Shown here: positions 50,875-64,000 of the stretch, piece by piece
Layout of the letters: each line of letters begins with the position of its first letter
How positions within the stretch are numbered: position 1 is the first letter of the stretch
Source: Macrostomum hystrix
Lineage: Eukaryota > Animalia > Platyhelminthes
Assembly (NCBI GenBank): GCA_950097015.1
Contig: CATNEN010000001.1
Span: forward strand, 12,214,001 to 12,278,000
Length of the DNA stretch: 64,000 bases
Direction of reading: 5' to 3'
Made by a program: the position numbers and the translations under genes
Notes under the pieces: model-generated
What the model was told of the DNA's origin: nothing
The model's database searches: none
The model's input: the letters and a program-made list of their open reading frames with translations, nothing else

Positions 50875-51480
50875 AGGACGGAAATCTAACTTGAGAACAC
50901 GGAGGGGGCGGAAATCTAACTTGTGAACACGGAGGGGGCGGAAATCTAACTTGTGAACACGGAGGGGGCGGAAATCTAACTTGAGAACACGGAGGGGGCG
51001 GAAATCTAACTTGAGAACATGGAGGGCGGAAATGTAACTTGAGAACACGGAGGGGGCGGATATCTAACTTGAGAACACGGAGGCGGCGGATATCTAACTT
51101 GAGAACACGGAGGCGGCGGATATCTAACTTGAGAACACGGAGGGGGCGGAAATCTAACTTGAGAACACGGAGGGGGCGGATATCTAACTTGAGAACACGG
51201 AGGCGGCGGATATCTAACTTGAGAACATGGAGGGGGCGGATATTTAACTTGAGAACATGGAGGGGGCGGATATCTAACTTGAGAACATGGAGGGGGCGGA
51301 TATCTAACTTGAGAACATGGAGGGGGCGGATATCTAACTTGAGAACACGGAGGGGGCGAAAATCGAACTCAACAATACGGAGGGGGCGAAATCGAACTCA
51401 ACAATACGGAGGGGGCGAAGTCCACCCTGAGAAGCCAGGGGCGGAAGTCCAGACCGAGGACCCAGGAGGGGCGGAAAACG
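50875..51480. repeat. 30-bp minisatellite (GAAATCTAACTTGAGAACACGGAGGGGGCG)
   Basis: Direct observation. Confidence 0.92.
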
Positions 51481-51949
51481 GTCGCGTGACTATTCCTTTG
51501 CGTTAAAAAAAAACAGAATCTGCTCAGAGTGAAACAGAGTCGAATAACAAAAATTCTAGGAATTGACTCAAAAATAAATCCACCTACGCCGTAGCACGCG
51601 CAGTCGGCGTGATCAACTCAGGAAAAAACATGTGAAATCTTACAGCTTAGGATTATAAAATTCCAATCCAGAACTGCTACCCAGGGTTACCTTTCCTCTT
51701 AATTAAGTGAAGATTTTTATGTCGTAAATAAAATACAAAAGCATCTTTTACTAGCGCCTTCAGTTGCTATGCAAATTGAAACCATTACGAATCAATCCAT
51801 ATAATTAATCAAATGAGGAGTCATTCAGAGCAAAGCAGAGCAAAGACACACCCGATATGAATGCAGAATCTCAGAAATGAATGCATAAAATATTTTGTGC
51901 TGACCTGCTACAGAAGCTGAGGTTAAGGACAAAGAATGGCCAAAACATC

Positions 51950-54900
51950 CCCTGGATTTTTTAGGGTGATCGGAACGATTCACCTGAATATTTTAGTCAA
52001 AAAGAAACGAATTACCCTGAAGATTTTAGGTAAATAGAAACGATTCACCCTGAAGATTTAAGGTAAATAGAATCGATTCATCTAAAGATTTTAGGTAAAT
52101 AGAACCGATTCACCTGAAGATTTTAGTCAAAAAGAAACGAATTACCCTGAAGATTTTAGGTAAATAGAATCGATTCACCTGAAGATTTTAGGTAAAAAGA
52201 AACGATTCACCCTGAAGATTTTAGGTAAAAAGAATCGATTCACCTGAAGATTTTAGGTAAAAAGAAACGATTCACCCTGAAGATTTTAGGTAAATAGAAT
52301 CGATTCACCTGAAGATTTTAGGTAAAAAGAAACGATTCACCCTGAAGATTTTAGGTAAATAGAATCGATTCACCTGAAGATTTTAGGTAAATAGAACCGA
52401 TTCACCTGAAGATTTTAGTCAAAAAGAAACGAATTACCCTGAAGATTTTAGGTAAATAGAATCGATTCACCTGAAGATTTTAGGTAAAAAGAAACGATTC
52501 ACCCTGAAGATTTTAGGTAAAAAGAATCGATTCACCTGAAGATTTTAGGTAAAAAGAAACGATTCACCCTGAAGATTTTAGGTAAAAAGAAACGATTCAC
52601 CCTGAAGATTTTAGGTAAATAGAATCGATTCACCTGAAGATTTTAGGTAAATAGAATCGATTCATCTGAAGATTTTAGGGAAAAAGAATCGATTCACCTG
52701 AAGATTTTAGGTAAATAGAATCGATTCATCTGAAGATTTTAGGTAAATAGAATCGATTCATCTGAAGATTTTAGGTAAATAGAATCGATTCATCTGAAGA
52801 TTTTAGGTAAATAGAATCGATTCATCTGAAGATTTTAGGTAAATAGAATCGATTCATCTGAAGATTTTAGGTAAATAGAATCGATTCATTTGAAGATTTT
52901 AGGTAAATAGAATCGATTCATCTGAAGATTTTAGGTAAATAGAATCGATTCACCTGAAGTGGGTAAATAGAATCGATTCATCTGAAGATTTTAGGTAAAT
53001 AGAATCGATTCATCTGAAGATTTTAGGTAAATAGAATCGATTCATCTGAAGATTTTAGGTAAATAGAATCGATTCATCTGAAGATTTTAGGTAAATAGAA
53101 ACGATTCATCTGAAGATTTTAGGGAAAAAGAGTCGATTCACCTGAAGATTTTAGGTAAATAGAATCGATTCATCTGAAGATTTTAGGTAAATAGAATCGA
53201 TTCATCTGAAGATTTTAGGTAAATAGAATCGATTCATTTGAAGATTTTAGGTAAATAGAATCGATTCATCTGAAGATTTTAGGTAAATAGAATCGATTCA
53301 CCTGAAGTAGGTAAATAGAATCGATTCACCTGAAGATTTAGGTCAATAGAAACGATTCATCTGAAGATTTTAGGTAAATATAATCGATTCATCTGAAGAT
53401 TTTAGGTAAATAGAATCGATTCATCTGAAGATTTTAGGTAAATAGAATCGATTCACCTGAAGATTTTAGGTAAAAAGAAACGATTCATCTGAAGATTTTA
53501 GGTAAATAGAATCGATTCACCTGAAAATTTTAGGGAAAAAGAATCGATTCACCTGAAGATTTTAGGTAAATAGAATCGATTCACCTGAAGATTTTAGGTA
53601 AAAAGAAACGATTCACCCTGAAGATTTTAGGTAAATAGAATCGATTCACCTGAAGATTTTAGGTAAAAAGAAACGATTCACCCTGAAGATTTTAGGTAAA
53701 TAGAATCGATTCACCTGAAGATTTTAGGTAAATAGAATCGATTCATCTGAAGATTTAAGGTAAATAGAATCGATTCACCTGAAGATTTTAGGTAAATAGA
53801 ATCGATTCATCTGAAGATTTTAGGGAAAAAGAATCGATTCACCTGAAGATTTTAGGTAAATAGAATCGATTCACCTGAAGATTTTAGGTAAATAGAATCG
53901 ATTCACCTGAAGATTTTAGGGAAAAAGAATCGATTCACCTGAAGATTTTAGGTAAATAGAATCGATTCACCTGAAGATTTTAGGTAAATAGAAACGATTC
54001 ATCTGAAGATTTTAGGGAAAAAGAATCGATTCACCTGAAGATTTTAGGTAAATAGAATCGATTCACCTGAAGATTTTAGGGAAAAAGAATCGATTCACCT
54101 GAAGATTTTAGGTAAATAGAATCGATTCATCTGAAGATTTTAGGTAAATAGAATCGATTCATCTGAAGATTTTAGGTAAATAGAATCGATTCACCTGAAG
54201 ATTTTAGGTAAATAGAAACGATTCACCTGAAGATTTTAGGTAAATAGAATCGATTCACCTGAAGATTTTAGGTAAATAGAAACGATTCATCTGAAGATTT
54301 TAGGGAAAAAGAAACGATTCACCCTGAAGGTTTTAGGTAAATAGAATCGATTCACCTGAAGATTTTAGGTAAATAGAATCGATTCATCTGAAGATTTTAG
54401 GTAAATAGAATCGATTCATCTGAAGATTTTAGGGAAAAAGAATCGATTCACCTGAAGATTTTAGGTAAATAGAAACGATTCATCTGAAGATTTTAGGGAA
54501 AAAGATTCGATTCACCTGAAGATTTTAGGTAAATAGAATCGATTCATCTGAAGATTTTAGGTAAATAGAATCGATTCATCTGAAGATTTTAGGTAAATAG
54601 AATCGATTCATCTGAAGATTTTAGGTAAATAGAATCGATTCACCTGAAGATTTTAGGTAAATAGAAACGATTCATCTGAAGATTTTAGGGAAAAAGAGTC
54701 GATTCACCTGAAGATTTTAGGTAAATAGAATCGATTCACCTGAAGATTTTAGGTAAATAGAATCGATTCATCTGAAGATTTTAGGGAAAAAGAGTCGATT
54801 CACCTGAAGATTTTAGGTAAATAGAATCGATTCATCTGAAGATTTTAGGTAAATAGAATCGATTCATCTGAAGATTTTAGGTAAATAGAATCGATTCATC

Positions 54901-55810
54901 TGAAGATTTTAGGTAAATAGAATCGATTCATCTGAAGATTTTAGGTAAATAGAATCGATTCACCTGAAGTAGGTAAATAGAATCGATTCACCTGAAGATT
55001 TAGGTAAATAGAATCGATTCACCTGAAGATTTTAGGTAAAAAGAAACGATTCACCCTGAAGATTTTAGGTAAATAGAATCGATTCACCTGAAGATTTTAG
55101 GTAAAAAGAAACGATTCACCCTGAAGATTTTAGGTAAATAGAATCGATTCACCTGAAGATTTTAGGTAAATAGAATCGATTCACCTGAAGATTTTAGGTA
55201 AATAGAATCGATTCACCTGAAGATTTTAGGTAAAAAGAAACGATTCACCCTGAAGATTTTAGGTAAATAGAATCGATTCACCTGAAGATTTTAGGTAAAA
55301 AGAAACGATTCACCCTGAAGATTTTAGGTAAATAGAATCGATTCACCTGAAGATTTTAGGTAAATAGAATCGATTCACCTGAAGATTTTAGGGAAAAAGA
55401 ATCGATTCACCTGAAGATTTTAGGTAAATAGAATCTATTCATCTGAAGATTTTAGGTAAATAGAATCGATTCATTTGAAGATTTTAGGTAAATAGAATCG
55501 ATTCATCTGAAGATTTTAGGTAAATAGAATCGATTCACCTGAAGATTTTAGGTAAATAGAAACGATTCATCTGAAGATTTTAGGGAAAAAGAGTCGATTC
55601 ACCTGAAGATTTTAGGTAAATAGAATCGATTCATCTGAAGATTTTAGGTAAATAGAATCGATTCATCTGAAGATTTTAGGTAAATAGAATCGATTCACCT
55701 GAAGATTTTAGGTAAAAAGAAACGATTCACCTGAAGATTTTAGGGAAATAGAAACGATTCACCTGAAGATTTTAGGGAGGGTAGAGTGGGGATCCACCTG
55801 TAGATTTTAA
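51950..55810. repeat. 32-bp minisatellite (GATTCACCTGAAGATTTTAGGTAAATAGAATC), ~3.8 kb
   Basis: About 120 copies; junction palindrome GAATCGATTC. Confidence 0.97.
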
Positions 55811-55860
55811 AGAAATAAATTATTACATTTGCCCCCGAAAAGAAGTGTACCACTACTAAC

Positions 55861-55943
55861 CCTCGCCGGCACTGCTGCTGCCAGGTGTCTGACTTGGCTT
55901 GGTCCTCTTTGGTGGCGAATGGTCGCTGCTGCTGCTGCTGCTG
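55861..55943 (-). CDS. EF-hand PPP phosphatase, small Ser-rich exon
   Basis: ccgcag|C AGC...GAG G|gttagt; needed to convert phase 2 to phase 1 between the flanking exons; SSSSSSDHSPPKRTKPSQTPGSSSAGE. Confidence 0.75.
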
Positions 55944-55999
55944 CTGCGGTTTTATTTTAGCGGAAGTTAATTCAACTTTTGCATAAATTTTATATTGGA

Positions 56000-56915
56000 A
56001 GGATTTTGGAGAGGTGTGAGTGTGATCAACCTGAGGATATTGGAGAGGTGTGAGTGTGATCAACCTGAGGATATTGGAGAGGTGTGAGTGTGATCAACCT
56101 GAGGATTTTGGAGATTAGTGAGTGTGATCAACCTGAGGATATTGGAGAGGTGTGAGTGTGATCAACCTGAGGATATTGGAGAGGTGTGAGTGTGATCAAC
56201 CTGAGGATGTTGGAGAGGTGTGAGTGTGATCAACCTGAGGATATTGGAGAGGTGTGAGTGTGATTAACCTGAGGATGTTGGAGAGGTGTGAGTGTGATCA
56301 ACCTGAGGATTTTGGAGAGGTGTGAGTGTGATCAACCTGAGGATGTTGGAGAGGTGTGAGTGTGATCAACCTGAGGATTTTGGAGAGGTGTGAGTGTGAT
56401 CAACCTGAGGATATTGGAGAGGTGTGAGTGTGATCAACCTGAGGATATTGGAGAGGTGTGAGTGTGATCAACCTGAGGATATTGGAGAGGTGTGAGTGTG
56501 ATCAACCTGAGGATTTTGGAGAGGTGTGAGTGTGATCAACCTGAGGATATTGGAGAGGTGTGAGTGTGATCAACCTGAGGATATTGGAGAGGTGTGAGTG
56601 TGATCAACCTGAGGATATTGGAGAGTAGTGAGTGTGATCAACCTGAGGATTTTGGAGAGGTGTGAGTGTGATCAACCTGAGGATATTGGAGAGGTGTGAG
56701 TGTGATCAACCTGAGGATATTGGAGAGGTGTGAGTGTGATCAACCTGAGGATATTGGAGAGCAGTGAGTGTGATCAACCTGAGGATGTTGGAGGTGTGAG
56801 TGTGATCAACCTGAGGATATTGGAGAGGTGTGAGTGTGATTAACCTGAGGATTTTGGAGAGTAGTGAGTGTGATCAACCTGAGGATGTTGGAGAGGTGTG
56901 AGTGTGATCAACCTG
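56000..56915. repeat. 34-bp minisatellite (GAGAGGTGTGAGTGTGATCAACCTGAGGATATTG)
   Basis: About 27 copies. Confidence 0.95.
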
Positions 56916-56974
56916 ATTATCGATTATGGAGGGTGGCATGACTAAACCAAGAGAATCAACTGACAAACGCTCAC

Positions 56975-57109
56975 CCGTTGGTTCTCACAGCCGCCAGAGC
57001 TGATGAGGCCAAGCGGAACAGGTTGGAGGTGCCGCGAAATTTCAGCTGACCAACAGCGGACAGGAAGTCATTCAAAGGCAGCAGCTCCTTCTTCTCCTGA
57101 CTGAACACC
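56975..57109 (-). CDS. EF-hand PPP phosphatase exon
   Basis: cctcag|G GTG...GG|gtgagc; VFSQEKKELLPLNDFLSAVGQLKFRGTSNLFRL. Confidence 0.87.
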
Positions 57110-57139
57110 CTGAGGTCAATGCGTTAAATTAATAGTTAA

Positions 57140-59410
57140 ATGAACAATCTGACAATCTGGGATGGGTGAATGACCAATCTGACAATCTAGGATGAGTGAA
57201 TGACCAATCTGACAATCTGGGATGAGTGAATGACCAATCTGACAATCTGGGATGGGTGAATGACTAATCTGACAATTTGGGATGGGTGAATGACCAATCT
57301 GACAATCTGGGATAAGTGAATGACCAATCTAACAATCTGGGATGGGTGAATGACTAATTTGACAATCTGGGATAAGTGAATGACCAATCTGACAATCTGG
57401 GATGGGTGAATGACCAATCTGACGATCTGGGATGGGTGAATGACCAATCTGACAATCTGGGATGGGTGAATGACCAATCTGACGATCTGGGATAAGTGAA
57501 TGACCAATCTGACGATCTGGGATAAGTGAATGACCAATCTGACGATCTGGGATGGGTGAATGACTAATCTGACAATCTGGGATGGGTGAATGACCAATGT
57601 GACAATCTGGGATAAGTGAATGATCAATCTGACAATCTGGGATGAGTGAATGACCAATCTGACGATCTGGGATGAGTGAATGACCAATCTGACAATCTGG
57701 GATAAGTGAATGACCAATCTGACAATCTGGGATAAGTGAATGACCAATCTGACAATCTGGGATGGGTGAATGACCAATCTGACGATCTGGGATAAGTGAA
57801 TGACCAATCTGACGATCTGGGATAAGTGAATGACCAATCTGACAATCTGGGATAAGTGAATGACCAATCTGACGATCTGGGATGGGTGAATGACTAATCT
57901 GACAATCTGGGATGGGTGAATGACCAATCTGACAATCTGGGATAGGTGAATGACTAATCTGACGATCTGGGATGGGTGAATGACCAATCTGACGATCTGG
58001 GATGGGTGAATGACTAATCTGACGATCTGGGATGGGTGAATGACCAATCTGACGATCTGGGATAAGTGAATGACCAATCTGACGATCTGGGATGGGTGAA
58101 TGACTAATCTGACAATCTGGGATGGGTGAATGACCAATCTGACGATCTGGGATGGGTGAATGACTAGTCTGACAATCTGGGATGAGTGAATGACCAATCT
58201 GACAATCTGGGATGGGTAAATGACCAATCGGACTATCTGGAATGGGTGAATGACCAATGTGACAATCTGGGATGAGTGAATGACCAATCTGACGATCTGG
58301 GATGGGTGAATGACCAATCTGACAATCTGGGATGAGTGAATGACCAATCTGACGATCTGGGATGGGTGAATGACCAATCTGACAATCTGGGATGAGTGAA
58401 TGACCAATCTGACGATCTGGGATAAGTGAATGACCAATCGGACTATCTGGGATGGGTGAATGACCAATCTAACAATGTGGGATGGGTGAATGACCAATCT
58501 GACAATCTGGGATAAGTGAATGATCAATCTGACAACCTGGGATGGGTGAATGACCAATCGGACTATCTGGGATGGGTGAATGACCAATCTGACAATCTGG
58601 GATGGGTGAATGACTAATCTGACAATCTGGGATGAGTGAATGACCAATCTGACAATCTGGGATGGGTGAATGACCAATCTGACAATCTGGGATAAGTGAA
58701 TGACCAATCTGACAATCTGGGATGAGTGAATGACCAATCTGACAATCTGGGATGGGTGAATGACCAATCTGACAATCTGGGATGGGTGAATGACTAATCT
58801 GACAATCTGGGATGAGTGAATGACCAATCTGACAATCTGGGATGAGTGAATGACCAATCTGACAATCTGGAATGGGTGAATGACCAATCTGACAATCTGG
58901 GATGGGTGAATGACCAATCTGACAATCTGGGATGGGTGAATGACCAATCTGACAATCTGGGATGGGTGAATGACCAATCGGACTATCTGGGATGGGTGAA
59001 TGACCAATCTAACAATGTGGGATGGGTGAATGACCAATCTGACAATCTGGGATGGGTGAATGACCAATCTGACAATCTGGGATGGGTGAATGACCAATGT
59101 GACAATCTGGGATGGGTGAATGATCAATCTGACAATCTGGGATGGGTGAATGACCAATCTGACAATCTGGGATGAGTGAATGACCAATCTGACGATCTGG
59201 GATGAGTGAATGACCAATCTGACGATCTGGAATGGGTGAATGACCAATCGGACTATCTGGAATGAGTGAATGACCAATCTGACAATCTGGGATGAGTGAA
59301 TGACCAATCTGACAATCTGGGATGAGTGAATGACCAATCTGACAATCTGGGATGAGTGAATGACCAATCTGACAATCTGGGATGAGTAAATGACCAATCT
59401 GACTATCTGA
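57140..59410. repeat. 30-bp minisatellite (GACAATCTGGGATGGGTGAATGACCAATCT)
   Basis: About 75 copies; source of the 736-aa artefact ORF. Confidence 0.97.
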
Positions 59411-59521
59411 CATGATTGCTGACCTATTTGATCAAATACCTATCCGCACTTGCTATTGAAATACTTCAAATAAAAAACGGGTTTAGAAAATTTAGAAATA
59501 GGCAAAATATCTTAGACTCAC

Positions 59522-59605
59522 TTGGCTTGCTCGGTAGCGTCGACGGTCACTTCTTTATCAGTGACGCTCAGCTTCTTGGCTAGTCTAATATCTCGAATAA
59601 TGTTC
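59522..59605 (-). CDS. EF-hand PPP phosphatase exon
   Basis: ttcag|G AAC...AA|gtgagt; NIIRDIRLAKKLSVTDKEVTVDATEQAK. Confidence 0.87.
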
Positions 59606-59689
59606 CTGAATTTGCGGCGGTTAAATAGTCAGAATTAATCCCGTGTCGCAACTAAACTGCGTAGAACATAGACCAAGGGGAAAACAGAA

Positions 59690-60492
59690 CAGGGAAGAGC
59701 ATAAACGGGGGAAAGAAAAACACGGAATGGGGAGAATATCATGGAACGGGAGAGAAAAATACGGAACGGGGGAGAAAAGCACACAGAGGGTGAGAAAAAA
59801 CACGGATCGGGGGAGAAAAATACGGAACGGGGGAGAAAAGCACACAGAGGGTGAGAAAAAACACGGATCGGGGGAGAAAAATATGGATCGGGGGAGAAAA
59901 ATACGGAACGGGGGAGAATATCATGGAACAGGAACAGGAACGGGGGAGAAAAACATGGAACGGGGGGAGAAAAAACACGCAAATGGTGAGAAAAAACACG
60001 GAACGGTGGGAGAAAAACACGGATCGGTGGGAGAAAACACGCAAAGGGCTAGAAAAAACACGGAACGGGAGGAGAAAAACACGGAACGGGGGGAGAAAAA
60101 TACGGAACGGGAGGAGAAAAACACGGAACGGGGGGAGAAAAACACGGAACGGGAGGAGAAAAACACGGATCGGGGGGGAGAATACGGAACGGGGGAAGAA
60201 AAACACGGATCGGGGGGAGAAAAACACGGAACGGGAGGAGAAAAACACGGATCGGGGGGAGAAAAACACGGAACGGGAGGAGAAAAACACGGATCGGGGG
60301 GAGAATACGGAACGGGGGGAAAAAACACGGATCGGGGGGAGAAAAACACGGAACGGGAGGAGAAAAACACGGATCGGGGGGAGAATACGGAACGGGGGGA
60401 AAAACACGGATCGGGGGGGGAGAATTCGGAAAGGGGGGAGAAAAACACGCAAAGGGTGAGAAAAAACACGGAACGGTGGGGAGAAAAACACA
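59690..60492. repeat. ~22-24-bp tandem repeat (GAGAAAAACACGGA[A/T]CGGGG)
   Basis: Direct observation. Confidence 0.9.
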
Positions 60493-60542
60493 GTACATTA
60501 GCAAAACCAGAACGGAATGAAATCACGCCCTGGAATCCTAAC

Positions 60543-60716
60543 CTGAACTCCTCAAACGACAGGCAGCCGTCGCAGTCTTCGTCGTAGAATCGGAAAATGT
60601 AGCGACAGCGCAGCTCAGCCGGGGTGCTGCCGTGCGGCGTCGACGGCTCCATGGCGGCGTGGCCGACCAGGAAGTCGCGGAACTGCAGCCAGCCGCGACG
60701 GTGCGAGTCGAAGGCG
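60543..60716 (-). CDS. EF-hand PPP phosphatase, EF-hand exon
   Basis: AFDSHRRGWLQFRDFL (degenerate EF-hand) and IFRFYDEDCDGCLSFEEF (canonical DxDxDG...E loop). Confidence 0.92.
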
Positions 60717-60769
60717 CTGCAATTCAAACAGTGTTGCGTTGGAGCCAAGCTGAGAATCCATTATTTTGT

Positions 60770-61100
60770 GATAGTGAACTTTTGCAGTTTTCCTATGGCT
60801 TTTTTAATTGTGAATTTTCGGGTTTTTGTAATCGTGAACTTTCGGGTTTCACTGTGAACTTCGGGTTTTTACTAGTGAACTTCGGGTTTTTTACTAGTGA
60901 ACTTTCGGGTTTTTAATTGCGAACTTCGGGTTTTTACTAGTGAACTTTCGGGTTTTTAATTGCGAACTTCGGGATTTTACTAGTGAACTTTCGGGTTTTT
61001 AATTGCGAACTTCGGGTTTTTACTAGTGAACTTTCGGGTTTTTTAATTGTAAACTTTCGGGTTTTTTACTGTGAACTTTCGGGTTTTTTACTGTTAACTT
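60770..61100. repeat. ~22-bp tandem repeat (GTGAACTTTCGGGTTTTTACTA)
   Basis: Direct observation. Confidence 0.88.
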
Positions 61101-61241
61101 CAGTATTTTTAGGAGTTGCGAACTAGTACAATTCTGATGTTGCAGCAATTAACTAGCTACTAGTTAGTAGTCATAACGAAATGTTACTACCCAAACAAAA
61201 AAACGAATTCACTCCGCAATCATGGCTTCTATTGAGCTTAC

Positions 61242-61368
61242 CGAAACAGATGCTTGGCTTTATCGTAGCAGTAACCACGAGCCGCAAAGTATTGGGCAAA
61301 CACCGGGAAGCACATGGATGTGGATGGTGCGCAGGCCTTCATAAACTGATTGAACAGGTATTTCTGCT
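61242..61368 (-). CDS. EF-hand PPP phosphatase exon
   Basis: QKYLFNQFMKACAPSTSMCFPVFAQYFAARGYCYDKAKHLF CG|gtaagc joins to give LFRAFD (EF-hand entering helix). Confidence 0.8.
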
Positions 61369-61691
61369 CTGTTCGGGTGAGTGACAAAGATTAGAGTAAA
61401 ACTGGTTACATCTCAGTGAGATAATTAGTTTTCCGGAAAAAGTATTCCCTTTCTCAATGTGAATATGCACAGCAATGATGATCTGAGAAAATAGATTTTT
61501 ACAGTCCTGAAGATCTGAGAAAATTGATGTGTACGATCCTGAATAAAGATCTGAGAAGATAAATAGATGTGTACAGCCCTGAAGAGCTGAGAAAAAGTTG
61601 TGTGACTATGCTTGGAAATGTATTTGCAAAGGCTGAAAGCAGGCAAAACTATTAAAAACAGAACTCTGTTTAGTTTAGCAATAACACAAAC

Positions 61692-62022
61692 CTATTTCGC
61701 CAAATCCAGCTGCTTTAACCAGCTGCTGAGTTGGAGACAAGGACTGGAGACTGTGCTGAGCAGCATCTGAGAGGCCCTGAGAAGCTGGTGAGGTGATGCA
61801 CAACTCAAACTGAGTCTCAGAATAGGCGGAGTCAGGCAGCACTGGAACTATCCCAATTGGGCTACTGTCCGACGAGATGATTTCTGCAGAGTCATTGTGC
61901 ATTAGCAGTTCAAGCAGTTCATGGCCAAGTAGGAATAGGGAGGGCAGGCAGTAGCTTCCATCACCAACAGTGCCTTGGGTAAATAGCACATGACGTGACA
62001 ACCACTGAGCACCTTCAAATGT
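61692..62022 (-). CDS. Probable N-terminal exon of the phosphatase
   Basis: ctacag|ACA...ATA G|gtttgt; open frame, phase-compatible with the next exon. Confidence 0.6.
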
Positions 62023-62114
62023 CTGTAGTAAAGTTGCATGACAATGATGAAGCATACTTTCAAATGTAAGCTAGACCGTTTTTTTAGATTGTTTATGAAT
62101 GATGAATGACTTAC

Positions 62115-62234
62115 AAAGTTTTCCTCCACAACATTATCAATGTAAAATATTGTATAAATGAATGATGTTCCAATTGGTAAGCAGCGTAGGCCATTGTAAC
62201 AAATGCCTTTGATTTGCACAGGATCGATGCTTTT
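62115..62234 (-). CDS. Probable N-terminal exon of the phosphatase
   Basis: tttttag|AAA...TTT|gtaagt; 120 nt, open, phase 0. Confidence 0.55.
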
Positions 62235-62588
62235 CTAAAAAATATTATGCTAATTTATCAGCAAGTTTTTTATTTATAATGTATCTAACTCCTAAAACAA
62301 TCTTACAGTCTTAGGCCTGAAATCTTACAAAGATACTTATTTACTTATTGGGGACTTTTTAAACTTATTTTTGATAGGCCTAGAGAAAACTGTTTATTTT
62401 TTTAATAGTTCGAAATTAGTCATACCTGAAGCAAAAACACATAATGGCCTTCTATATTAAAAATATAAACATAATGTCAATGATTATCACTGACATTGCT
62501 AAGAAGCTAAACTAATTTTATAAATGTCTATTTGCTTAAATACTTCGTTAGCAACAATACACCAGATAGATTTACCAGCAGTACTTAC

Positions 62589-62765
62589 TCCTTCAAGAAA
62601 CTTAAGAATGGTGCACTTCAATCCATAAGAGAGGTTGGCCTTTACAGTTGGAAGCCAAAAAACATCAACAGTGGATTTTTCTCGGAAGGCACTGTCAATG
62701 TCTAGCTCACACTGAGAACTGCCAATTGGAGAATCACAGTCATCAGCTGGGGAAATCTCAATAGT
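62589..62765 (-). CDS. Probable N-terminal exon of the phosphatase (start codon not identified)
   Basis: ctttgtccacag|ACT...GGA|gtaagt; 177 nt, open, phase 0; the 12 exons sum to 2841 nt in frame. Confidence 0.55.
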
Positions 62766-64000
62766 CTGTGGACAAAGTAAAAAACGGTTTTGCTTTGAAT
62801 ATATTAAAACTGAGGCATATGCTTCCATCTTATTAGGCAACTAGTAGAGTAAGATACTTTTTCTAATCAAGAAAATCAAATAACTGATAATAAAAAATTA
62901 CAATAAATCATTAGTAACACAGAAAACCTGATTCAGATAAAGTCATATAGTAAAGAATAAATTTAAGTGGACAAAATTATTATTATTAACACTTATATCA
63001 TTTTTTCTCGTCAAATCAAATGTTGTCGCGATATTTCCAAGATGGTTACAAAAACAAACAAATATTTTTTTCAGATATTTTTCAAATTATAATACTTCGT
63101 ATTTTTTATACTGAGTCAGATCCAATAATTTAAGATAAAAGCATTTTTTAATTCATGACACTTAAAGCTTATTGACACTGCTACTAAACGAAGCTGAAAC
63201 ACACCATCGTTCACTCTTTTCAATGAATATTTATTTAAACATCAAAGAAATGTCCACCGAAAAAGAAGTTTTTGATACATTTTCATACGAGAATTTATTT
63301 CAACGAATGAACGAGCTGAAATAATATTATTAATACATATCTTTGGTAATTGCTTCGGATAATTTCTTCGCTTAGTCAACTTTGATTTTTCTAAAGATTG
63401 ACGAGAGTGTACCTGTCATGAAAGAATTTGATTTGCATGAAAGATTTCTATTTTTCACACTCAGGCTTTCATATAGAGACCTAAGAACAGAGTTGGGGCG
63501 TTACGATCGTTACTAGTTATCAATATGGTAACGATGGTTACTTTTTTGCAGCGTCACTTTTTTCCGGTTACGGGAAACGAAAATGAAAATGGTGTGTATT
63601 TCTCGCTACGTGACAATTTTTCATTACCAATTTCCGAAAAATTTATATAATTAACAGGCTAGACATAATTTCTTATTCATTTGATGCGATCATAAATTAT
63701 AAAGACAGCTAGTTTCTAAAAGTTTAGACCAAACTTTTTACATTTTATTCATGAACTCTTTCAGTTCAATTACGTCATAACTGGATTTTAATTGTTTATC
63801 TGATTGAAAAGGTTAAAATTGCACGAACTAAGCTATAAATGAAGACTTGAAGCAGTACAAGTTGGTAAAGTATTTTTTATAATATTCGACTTAAGTTTCG
63901 GGAAAGATTAGAACGTGCTACTATTTTAGGCTCAATTAAGTAGTATATTTTGGTTATCGATAAGGAAACTATTTATTTAGTTTAGCACGGAGAATGGCAT

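Noticed and set aside
57187-59397. 736-aa ORF and other long repetitive ORFs (8478-12614, 26930-27758, 39791-41079, 41575-42879, 59643-60587)
   Set aside because: Stop-free frames of minisatellites, mostly inside introns defined by in-phase exons

Overview
Eukaryotic (metazoan) genomic DNA with GT-AG introns; no prokaryotic operons or CRISPR arrays. The repeat-filled introns and gene style suggest a free-living flatworm such as Macrostomum, but this is inference only. Four loci were reconstructed by hand from splice sites and protein motifs. (1) A + strand furin-like proprotein convertase: 10 exons, 4927-26473, first exon not found. It lacks the Cys-rich domain and ends in a GPI-signal-like tail. 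(2) A compact + strand ankyrin-repeat + Mab-21/cGAS-like nucleotidyltransferase (cGLR) + TPR-like gene, ~32214-35750. Its catalytic motifs are intact but it has a frameshift, an in-frame TAA and further 3' frameshifts, so it is a probable pseudogene. (3) A - strand PPP-family Ser/Thr phosphatase with N-terminal EF-hands: at least 12 exons, 38935-62765. (4) A two-exon class A peptide-type GPCR (44806-47982) nested antisense in a phosphatase intron. Many introns, including eight consecutive phosphatase introns, carry their own minisatellite, often starting close to a splice site. The window also holds two tRNA-derived SINE families (one with a MIR-like CORE domain) and a THAP-domain remnant. Most long ORFs in the supplied track are artefacts of tandem repeats.
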